Assembly: GCA_016223105.1 (NCBI GenBank)
Contig: JACRPR010000040.1
Location: 18,940-82,939, forward strand
DNA from: Chloroflexota bacterium
GTDB taxonomy: Bacteria > Chloroflexota > Anaerolineae > UBA4142
Length of the DNA stretch: 64,000 nucleotides
Reading direction: 5' to 3'
A model generated the notes under the pieces. The model was given only the letters and a program-made list of their open reading frames with translations, had not been told where the DNA came from and did not search any database. Position 1 is the stretch's first letter, and every line of letters begins with the position of its first letter. Of the stretch, positions 36,407 to 43,618 are shown piece by piece. The translations under genes and the position numbers were made by a program.

Positions 36407-36865
36407 ATGGAAAATTCCGCGCGCAAAATTCTCGCGGTGCTCGGCGGACTCGGCACGCTTGTTCACGCGGAGCACACCGCCGAACTCGCGTGCCATTTGT
36501 GCGAAGGGCGCAGAGCCGACCTGGTTTTGGGTTACCCGATTATCGTCCCGCTCACCGCCGCGCTCGATGCGCGCTTGCCGACCCAGGAACGCGCGGCGCA
36601 GGACGCGATTGAATGTGGCTTGCGCGCGGTCGCGCAACGCAATTGTCGCGCGACAATCCATGTCGTGCGTCATCGCGATCCGGCGGAGGCGATCCTCGAA
36701 CTCGCGCGCGATGAACGCGCGGATGTCATTGTGCTGGGCATTCACGTCAATCCGAACGTCCCGCGCGATTATGATCGCGCTGAAACCGCCGAGGACGAAA
36801 TTTTGCGCCGCGCCGAATGTGAAGTGATTATAGACCGCGAACCGTTGTTAATTTCAGATGTATGA
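36407..36865 (+). CDS. Universal stress protein (UspA family)
   Basis: 152 aa. 'ILAV...', 'AILELARDERADVIVLG' and a C-terminal 'ILRRAECEVI' Usp-like pattern. Confidence 0.7.
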   Translation: MENSARKILAVLGGLGTLVHAEHTAELACHLCEGRRADLVLGYPIIVPLTAALDARLPTQERAAQDAIECGLRAVAQRNCRATIHVVRHRDPAEAILELARDERADVIVLGIHVNPNVPRDYDRAETAEDEILRRAECEVIIDREPLLISDV

Positions 36866-36887
36866 TTTCAGATTCCAAATTTTTACC

Positions 36888-36961
36888 GTCATTGCGAGCG
36901 AAGCGAAGCAATCCCCAATTTGCTACGCGGAGATTGCTTCGCATAAACCGCTCGCAATGAC
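36888..36961. repeat. Family-A palindromic element, copy 4
   Basis: GTCATTGCGAGCGAAGCGAAGCAATCCCCAA...GGAGATTGCTTCGCATAAACCGCTCGCAATGAC. Confidence 0.9.
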
Positions 36962-36987
36962 ACACTGAAATCTGAAATGGAGTTGCA

Positions 36988-38595
36988 ATGTACACACCAG
37001 AAATGCGCGAATCCATCGCGAAGGTGGAAGCGAGCCGCGCGCGCCGAATGAGCGAACGGCATCCCAGTCTCGCGCCGGACGAACGCCAGGACATTCTCAA
37101 AAAATTTCATCCCGATTTTATCGCGGACGCATTTCGCGCGCTCCGCGTCGGCGCGAATCGCGGCGACAAAACGCCGAACGAACTCGCGGACGTGCTCGAA
37201 GCGCGTTCGCCGATTGACTCGCCCGCGTTCGACTTGAATCGCGTGGACATCGAAACCGATGTGTTGATTATCGGCGGCGGCGGCGCAGGCGCGTGCGCGG
37301 CTCTGCTCGCGCAACAAGCCGGTGCGCGCGTTCTGCTCGCGACCAAATTGCGTTTCGGCGACGCGAACACGATGATGGCGCAAGGCGGCATCCAAGCCGC
37401 CGACAAGGAAAACGATTCGCCCGCGCAACATTATCTCGATGTGATCGGCGGCGGCGGATTCGCGAACGATCCCGACCTGGTGGATGCGCTCGTGAGCGAC
37501 GCGCCGATGGTGATCGCGTGGCTCGAATCGCTTGGCGTGATGTTCGAGAAAACGCGCGACGGCGAAATGGTAACGATTCACGGCGGCGGCACATCGCGCA
37601 AACGGATGCACTTTAGCCGCGATTATTCCGGCGCGGAAATTATGCGCGTCCTGCGCGATGAAGTCCGCAATCGCGATTCGATTCGCGTAATTGAATTTGC
37701 GCCGGCAATCGAACTCGTACTCAACTCGCGCGGACAGTGCGCGGGTGCGATTTTGCAAAACATCGAAACCGGCGAGCATTTGCTCGCGCGCGCGAAAACG
37801 ACAATCATCGCGACCGGCGGATCGGGGCGTTTGCATTATCAAAATTTTCCAACGACGAATCATTACGGCGCGACCGCCGATGGACTCGTGCTGGCGTATC
37901 GCGCCGGCGCGAAACTCGCGTTCATTGACACGATGCAATATCATCCGACCGGCGCGGCGTATCCCGAACAAATCCTGGGACAACTCGTTACCGAAAAAGT
38001 GCGCGGACTCGGCGCGCAAGTGTGCAATGCGGATGGCGAACAATTTGTCTATCCGCTCGAAACGCGCGATGTCGAATCCGCCGCATTCATTCGCGAATGT
38101 CGCGAACGCGGGCGCGGCATCAAAACGCCGACCGGACAATTCGGTGTGTGGCTCGACGCGCCGTTGATTGATCGGTTGCGCGGCGTGGGCACCATCGCGA
38201 AAGAATTACCGGCAATGGTGCGCCAATACAAACGTTTTGGAATTGACCTGGTCAAAGAACCGATCCTGGTTTATCCGACTCTGCATTATCAAAACGGCGG
38301 CGTCGCGATCAAACCGGATGGCGCGACGAGCGTGCCGAATTTATTTGTCGCCGGCGAAGCATCGGGCGGCGTGCATGGGCGCAATCGTTTGATGGGCAAC
38401 AGTTTGCTCGATGTGTGTGTGTTCGGTCGCCGCGCCGGGATCGCGGCGGCGGAACGCGCGCGTGAATACCAGGATGGCGCCGCGCTCACGTTCGATCATC
38501 TCGCGCGCTGGGAACGCGCGCGCGCGGACGCCGGTTTGAACGATGGCATCGTCGCGCCGATCCTGTTGCCGGATTACACGCGGCACGGGCGCTGA
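36988..38595 (+). CDS. FAD-dependent succinate dehydrogenase/fumarate reductase flavoprotein-like oxidoreductase (TfrA/NadB-like)
   Basis: 'DVLIIGGGGAGACAAL', 'ANTMMAQGGIQAA', 'HPTG' and 'GLFVAGEASGGVHGRNRLMGNSLLD' are SdhA/FrdA-family motifs. RBS GGAG. Confidence 0.8.
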   Translation: MYTPEMRESIAKVEASRARRMSERHPSLAPDERQDILKKFHPDFIADAFRALRVGANRGDKTPNELADVLEARSPIDSPAFDLNRVDIETDVLIIGGGGAGACAALLAQQAGARVLLATKLRFGDANTMMAQGGIQAADKENDSPAQHYLDVIGGGGFANDPDLVDALVSDAPMVIAWLESLGVMFEKTRDGEMVTIHGGGTSRKRMHFSRDYSGAEIMRVLRDEVRNRDSIRVIEFAPAIELVLNSRGQCAGAILQNIETGEHLLARAKTTIIATGGSGRLHYQNFPTTNHYGATADGLVLAYRAGAKLAFIDTMQYHPTGAAYPEQILGQLVTEKVRGLGAQVCNADGEQFVYPLETRDVESAAFIRECRERGRGIKTPTGQFGVWLDAPLIDRLRGVGTIAKELPAMVRQYKRFGIDLVKEPILVYPTLHYQNGGVAIKPDGATSVPNLFVAGEASGGVHGRNRLMGNSLLDVCVFGRRAGIAAAERAREYQDGAALTFDHLARWERARADAGLNDGIVAPILLPDYTRHGR

Positions 38596-38597
38596 AC

Positions 38598-38623
38598 GTA
38601 GGGCAAATTTCTAATTTGCCCGG
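38598..38623. repeat. Family-D hairpin, copy 3
   Basis: GTAGGGCAAATTTCTAATTTGCCCGG, 3 nt after the flavoprotein stop. Confidence 0.8.
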
Positions 38624-38633
38624 ACGTGAGAAA

Positions 38634-38966
38634 ATGATTATGCCAGACGTAAATCCGCTCGTCGCGATTCGCGACCAGGAACGCGCACTCGCGCAAAAAA
38701 TTCGCGCGGCGCAAGAACGCGCCACTGCGCGCATTGCCGACGCGCGCGCGCGCGCGGACGCGCTCAAACAAACTGCGGAACGCGAAGGAGTGCGCGATGC
38801 GGACGCGCTCTATCAAGCCGGTTTGGAACGCGCGCGGGCACAAGCCGGTGAAATCGAAAAAAATGGTCAAGCGCAATCCGTCGCGCGCGCGGACGCGGGG
38901 CGCGCGCATTTAGCACGCGCGGTCGAATCCATCATCGCATTTGTTTTGCCGCGCGTTGAAAAATGA
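38634..38966 (+). CDS. V/A-type ATPase peripheral-stalk subunit (G/H-like)
   Basis: About 110-aa Ala/Arg/Glu-rich coiled coil ('AQKIRAAQERATARIADARARADALKQTAERE'). It is the first gene of the V-ATPase operon, as in the Thermus atpG position. Confidence 0.55.
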   Translation: MIMPDVNPLVAIRDQERALAQKIRAAQERATARIADARARADALKQTAEREGVRDADALYQAGLERARAQAGEIEKNGQAQSVARADAGRAHLARAVESIIAFVLPRVEK

Positions 38967-38995
38967 ATCAACCATTTGTCATTTGAGAATTTACG

Positions 38996-40873
38996 ATGAT
39001 TGTCCCAATGTCCAAAATCCAAATCATCGGCACGCGCGCCGAACTCGATGCGACGGTGCGCGTCTTGCACGATGCGGGGGTCGTGCAGATCGAAGAAAAA
39101 CCGGCGGCGGTCGACGCGTTGATCCTGGATGCGCGCGCGGCGCATCAACGCGACGGAATCACCGCGCTCGTTACGCGGCTCGATGCGTTGCTCGCGCTAT
39201 TGCCCGTGGTCGCGCCAACGCAAATCGCGCGCCGCGATGATGTGGACGTGTTGATCGGACAAGTGAAAGCCGCGCTCGCACAACTCGACGCGCCCGCGCA
39301 AAACCTGGCGCGGCGACGCGATGATCTCGAAGCCGATCGCGTTACGTTGCCGCGTTATGCCAAGACGATGCGCCAACTGATGCCGCTGTCGGCTGAACTT
39401 GCGCTAATGCAAAATTACGAAACGGTCGCGCTATTGGTGGATCGCAAATTTAGCGCGGTGATCGAAATGGTGCGCGCGGAATTGCCCGCGCTGACGAACG
39501 ATGAATTTGAAATGGTGTCGCGTGAAGTGGATCGCGACACGACCGCCGCGCTCTTAGTTTTTCCGCGCGCACACTCGACTGCGATCCACACCTTGCTCGG
39601 TCGCGAAAGTATTACGCAAGTGCGTTTGCCGGATGAGTTGGTCAATGTTCCTTTCAAAGAAGCGTTGGCGACGATTCAAGCGCGGCTCGCCGCGATTCCG
39701 GCGGAAGCGGAAAAAATTCAACACGAATTGCACGCGCTCGCGCGTGAGTGGCGCGCGCGGCTCGCCGCGTGGCGCGCGGTTCTGCGCGATCGCTTGCGTG
39801 AGATCGAGGTGCGCGAAAAATTCGGCGCGACCGAGTACGCGTTTGTCGCCGTCGGTTGGATGCCGCAAAAAAATGTTTCGGCGTTGCGCGATGCGTTGGC
39901 GCGCGCGGTCGGCGAAAATGTTTTGCTCGACGAATTGCCGCTCACCGCGCACGAACGCGAACACGCCCCGGTCGTGCTGGACAATCCGCGCGTCGCGCGA
40001 CCGTTCGAGTTTTTGGTGCGCTTGATGGCACTGCCGCGTTACGGCACGATTGACCCGACGCCGATCATGGCGATCTTTTTACCGATTTTTTTCGGAATGA
40101 TTTTGGGCGATGTCGCGTACGGCGCGCTCGTGCTCGGCGGCGTGATCTATTTTTTGCGGAAACCAAAATCGGACGGCATGCGAAATTTGCTCACGATCAT
40201 GCTCTATTGCGCGTTGTGGTCAATCGCGTTTGGATTTGTGTACGGCGAATTTTTCGGCGAACTGGGCGAGCACATCGGACTGCATCCGTACTTTCCGCGC
40301 GGCGAAGCGGTTGTTCCGCTTTTTGCATTTTCGATTGCGTTCGGCATCGTGCAAATCGCGCTCGGGTTCGCGCTCGGAATTTATCAAGCGATCAAATTGC
40401 ATCAACGCAACGAACTGCTCGACCGCATCGCCAAAGTGATCGCGCTGATCGCGATTTTAGCAATGGTCGCCGCGTCGTCTGGCGCGTTGCCGAAAGAAAT
40501 GTTCACGCCCGCGCTCGCGCTGTTGATCGTCGGCACAGTGTTGTTGATGTACACGCTCGGTTGGATCGGTCTCTTGCTCGCGCCGATTGAAATTCTCGGC
40601 GTGGTCGGCAACATTTTGTCGTACTTGCGGCTCGCCGCGATTGGATTGTCGTCGGTGTATCTCGCAATGGTCGCGAACAAACTCGCCGGCATTTTCGGCA
40701 ATGTGATCATCGGCGGCATCGTCGCCGGCTTGTTTCACGCGCTCAATCTCGCGCTCGGAATTTTGAGTCCGACGATTCAATCACTGCGTTTGCATTACGT
40801 TGAATTTTTTGGAAAATTTTTTGAAGGCGGCGGCGTGGAGTTTAAACCATTTCGACGCGAAGGAATTGGATGA
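38996..40873 (+). CDS. atpI: V/A-type ATPase subunit I (a-subunit)
   Basis: 625 aa. Soluble N-terminal half plus a polytopic C-terminal half with 'LSYLRLAAIGLSSVYLA' (conserved Arg) and 'LRLHYVEFFGKFF'. Confidence 0.9.
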   Translation: MIVPMSKIQIIGTRAELDATVRVLHDAGVVQIEEKPAAVDALILDARAAHQRDGITALVTRLDALLALLPVVAPTQIARRDDVDVLIGQVKAALAQLDAPAQNLARRRDDLEADRVTLPRYAKTMRQLMPLSAELALMQNYETVALLVDRKFSAVIEMVRAELPALTNDEFEMVSREVDRDTTAALLVFPRAHSTAIHTLLGRESITQVRLPDELVNVPFKEALATIQARLAAIPAEAEKIQHELHALAREWRARLAAWRAVLRDRLREIEVREKFGATEYAFVAVGWMPQKNVSALRDALARAVGENVLLDELPLTAHEREHAPVVLDNPRVARPFEFLVRLMALPRYGTIDPTPIMAIFLPIFFGMILGDVAYGALVLGGVIYFLRKPKSDGMRNLLTIMLYCALWSIAFGFVYGEFFGELGEHIGLHPYFPRGEAVVPLFAFSIAFGIVQIALGFALGIYQAIKLHQRNELLDRIAKVIALIAILAMVAASSGALPKEMFTPALALLIVGTVLLMYTLGWIGLLLAPIEILGVVGNILSYLRLAAIGLSSVYLAMVANKLAGIFGNVIIGGIVAGLFHALNLALGILSPTIQSLRLHYVEFFGKFFEGGGVEFKPFRREGIG

Positions 40874-40874
40874 T

Positions 40875-40944
40875 GTCATTGCGAGCGAAGCGAAGCAATC
40901 CCCGCGCGACGGATTGGAGATTGCTTCACTTCGCTCGCAATGAC
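40875..40944. repeat. Family-A palindromic element, copy 5
   Basis: GTCATTGCGAGCGAAGCGAAGCAATCCCCGCG...GGAGATTGCTTCACTTCGCTCGCAATGAC, immediately after the atpI stop. Confidence 0.9.
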
Positions 40945-40962
40945 AGTGCGAAGGAGGTTACG

Positions 40963-41178
40963 ATGATGCAGGATCCGCAAGCACAATTGGTGCAAATGTA
41001 CATCGAAGAATTTTTGCGCGAAAAAAATCACACCTGGGACAGCGTGTGTCATCTCGCGGACAAAGCCGAGGCGAAACGCTTGATGATCGAGGCGTCCACC
41101 TACGCGGCGATCAAAGCCGCAGAGGTCGGCGCGCGCGCGAACGTCATTCACGAATTGCACGGCACGGTGCAGATGTAG
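40963..41178 (+). CDS. Orphan small protein (71 aa) inside the V-ATPase operon
   Basis: ATG at 40963 is preceded by a strong RBS, AAGGAGG. Non-repetitive helical sequence 'MMQDPQAQLVQMYIEEFLREKNHTWDSVCHLADKAEAKRL...'. No family recognised. Confidence 0.5.
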   Translation: MMQDPQAQLVQMYIEEFLREKNHTWDSVCHLADKAEAKRLMIEASTYAAIKAAEVGARANVIHELHGTVQM

Positions 41179-41203
41179 GGCAAATTTATAAATTTGCCTG
41201 ACG
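41175..41203. repeat. Family-D hairpin, copy 4
   Basis: GTAGGGCAAATTTATAAATTTGCCTGAC. The TAG inside it is the stop of the orphan ORF. Confidence 0.8.
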
Positions 41204-41217
41204 ACCTGGGAGGCGAT

Positions 41218-41433
41218 ATGGAAACAGGTTTGCTCGCGATTGGCGCGGGACTCGCAGTGGGCTTGGCGGCGATTGGCACCGGACTCGCGCAAGGGCGCAT
41301 CGGTTCGGCGGGCGCGGGCGCGATTGCCGAAAAGCCGGAACTCGTCGGCACGATGATCATTTTGCTCGCGATTCCCGAAACGATGATCATCCTGGGATTC
41401 GCGGTCGCCGCGATCATTTTGCTCGTCAAGTAA
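41218..41433 (+). CDS. atpK: V/A-type ATPase proteolipid subunit K (single hairpin, 71 aa)
   Basis: RBS GGGAGG. Two Gly/Ala-rich helices. 'GLAQGRIG' in helix 1 and the carboxylate motif 'AIPETMIILG' in helix 2. Confidence 0.85.
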   Translation: METGLLAIGAGLAVGLAAIGTGLAQGRIGSAGAGAIAEKPELVGTMIILLAIPETMIILGFAVAAIILLVK

Positions 41434-41510
41434 TTTCAAATTTCATATTTCAAATTGCAAATTAACAATCTGAAATTTGAAATTTGAAATCTGAAATTGT
41501 TGGAGGATGC

Positions 41511-42101
41511 GTGCCTCTCGCAAATATCCTGCGCGCGATGCAAACGCAAGCCGATGCGGAGATCGCGCGCATCACGGACGCGGCGGAGTGCGAAGCGGAG
41601 CAGTTGATCGCCGAAGCCGAAACACAGGCGACCGCGATTCGCGCGCGGCATCGCGCGCGTGTCGAGCCACTGCTCGCGACGGAAGCCGCGGCGATTTTGA
41701 ATCGCGCGAAACTCGGCGCGTTGCGCGAGTTGGCGAACGCGCGCGAACACTTGTTGAACGACGCGTTCGCGCAGGCGCACGCGCAACTCGCGTCCATGCG
41801 CGGGTCGAACCACTACGCCGCGATTTTTCGCGCGCTCGCGCGCGAGGCGATTCAGAATTTGAACGGCGATCTCGTCGCGCGCGTCGATCCGCGCGATGTC
41901 GCGCTCGCGCACGCGACCTTGACCGCGCTCAACGCGAATGTCGCGATTGAGACCGCGCCGATTCCGCTCGGCGGACTCGAACTGCACACGCGCGACGGGC
42001 GCATCGTGATCGTCAACACGTTGTCCGCGCGGCTCGAACGCGCGCGCGAAACGTTGCGCGGTCCGGTCGCGCGGATTCTGGTGGGAGAGATTGAGAGATA
42101 A
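41511..42101 (+). CDS. atpE: V/A-type ATPase subunit E
   Basis: GTG at 41511 follows GGAGG. N-terminal long helix ('AEIARITDAAECEAEQLIAEAETQA') and a C-terminal globular part. Operon position supports the call. Confidence 0.75.
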   Translation: MPLANILRAMQTQADAEIARITDAAECEAEQLIAEAETQATAIRARHRARVEPLLATEAAAILNRAKLGALRELANAREHLLNDAFAQAHAQLASMRGSNHYAAIFRALAREAIQNLNGDLVARVDPRDVALAHATLTALNANVAIETAPIPLGGLELHTRDGRIVIVNTLSARLERARETLRGPVARILVGEIER

Positions 42102-42144
42102 AGAGATTCGCAGAGCGTCTCTCAATCTCTTAATCTCTTGAATT

Positions 42145-43227
42145 ATGGATACCGACTACGATTACCCCAACGCGCGTCTGCGCGCGATGAAAAGTCGTCT
42201 GCTCACGCGCGCGCAGTACGCGGAATTATTGGAAGCCGCGAACGTCGAAGCGGTCGTCGCGCAACTCGCGCACACCGCGTATCAGGACGCGATTAACGCC
42301 GCGCTCGTCAAGGCGAGCGGCTGGGACTGTTTGTCCCAAGCCCTACGTCGCGATTTCGCGGACACGCTCGCGCGCATCACGACATTTTTTCGCGACACGC
42401 CGCAACACTTGTGGAAAATTTTGATCGCGCGCTGGGAAATTTTTAACATCAAAACAATTTTGCGCGGACAACAACATCACATTCCGGCGGACCAAGTTTT
42501 AGCCGCGCTGATTCCCGCGGGCGATTTGCGCGAATCCGATTTTCACCGGCTCGCGCAACAAACGTCCGTGCGCGCGGTGGTGGATTTGCTCGCGACCTGG
42601 AATCACGCGTGCGCGCGCGCCTTGCTCGACGCGATGCCGCGTTACGCGGAACACACCGATCTCGCGGAACTCGAACTCGCGCTCGACCGCGCGCGGTACA
42701 ATATCGCGTTCAAAGAACTCGCGCCGCTGGACGACGCGAACGCGGAAATCGTGCGCGCGGTTCTGCGCGATGAAATTGACGCGACGAACATTCTGACGAC
42801 TTTGCGTTTGAGCGCGGCGAGCAGTGCGCGATTGGTCGAACGGTACGGCAACGCGTCGCCCGCGCCGTTGCTGATCGCCGGCGGCGGAAGCGCGGCGCAA
42901 TTTTTAATCGCGCAAAAAGAAATTCCGAGCGTCGAGCAAATCGCGCGCGCGTTGCGCGACACACTGTTTGGCGATGCGCTCGCGCGCGCGGCGACGCGCT
43001 ACGAAACGACGCGCGCTCTCGCCGCGTTTGAAGACGAACTCGAAACGCAACTCGCGCGGCAACAAATCGCGTTCTTCAAACGCGATCCGCTTTCGATTGG
43101 GATCGCGATCGCGTATCTCGCCGCGCGTGTCAACGAAATTCGCAATCTGCGCGTGATCGGGCGCGGCAAAGCCGGCGAGTGGACGCGCGACGCGATTGAA
43201 AAGGAATTGTTGCTGTGGCACGATTGA
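42145..43227 (+). CDS. atpC: V/A-type ATPase subunit C (d-subunit family)
   Basis: 360 aa. 'YPNARLRAMKSRLL', 'WEIFNIKTILRG' and 'EIRNLRVI' are typical of the V0 d/C subunit. Confidence 0.85.
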   Translation: MDTDYDYPNARLRAMKSRLLTRAQYAELLEAANVEAVVAQLAHTAYQDAINAALVKASGWDCLSQALRRDFADTLARITTFFRDTPQHLWKILIARWEIFNIKTILRGQQHHIPADQVLAALIPAGDLRESDFHRLAQQTSVRAVVDLLATWNHACARALLDAMPRYAEHTDLAELELALDRARYNIAFKELAPLDDANAEIVRAVLRDEIDATNILTTLRLSAASSARLVERYGNASPAPLLIAGGGSAAQFLIAQKEIPSVEQIARALRDTLFGDALARAATRYETTRALAAFEDELETQLARQQIAFFKRDPLSIGIAIAYLAARVNEIRNLRVIGRGKAGEWTRDAIEKELLLWHD

Positions 43228-43553
43228 CGATCATCACGAATCCAACGCTCGCGCCCGGCTTTGCGCTCGCCGGTGTCCAAGTGATCGCCGCGGAGAGCGA
43301 TGCGGTCGCGCGGCGCGCGCTCGCGCGGTTGCTCGACGAAGGTGAAGCCGGGATCATTGCGCTCGACGCGCCGTACTTGGCTTCGCTCGATTACGCGACC
43401 GCGCGGCGGATTGATGAACTCGTCAAGCCGGTCGTCGTCGCTCTGCCGGTCGGCGCGCACGTTTTGCCGGAGCAACGGCGCAGTCGCCAAATCGCGGAAC
43501 TGATTCGCCGCGCGATTGGAATTCGGATGACGTTTCGGGAGAATGAACAGTGA
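43215..43553 (+). CDS. atpF: V/A-type ATPase subunit F
   Basis: 112 aa with a GTG start overlapping the atpC end. 'GFALAGV' pattern and operon position support the call. Confidence 0.75.
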   Translation: MARLTIITNPTLAPGFALAGVQVIAAESDAVARRALARLLDEGEAGIIALDAPYLASLDYATARRIDELVKPVVVALPVGAHVLPEQRRSRQIAELIRRAIGIRMTFRENEQ

Positions 43554-43618
43554 ACAGTGGGCAGTGAACAGTGAACCGTTGACTGACGACTGTTGACTGT
43601 TCACTGCAATGAGGGAAT

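Noticed and set aside
23506-38139. Very long minus-strand ORFs across the Hdr cluster: 23506..24819, 25233..26006, 28825..29913, 29995..30882, 30895..32196, 34260..36131 and 36889..38139.
   Set aside because: All lie antisense to motif-rich plus-strand genes. Their translations are Arg/His/Asp-rich with no conserved domains, which is a known artefact of stop-codon-poor GC-rich sequence.
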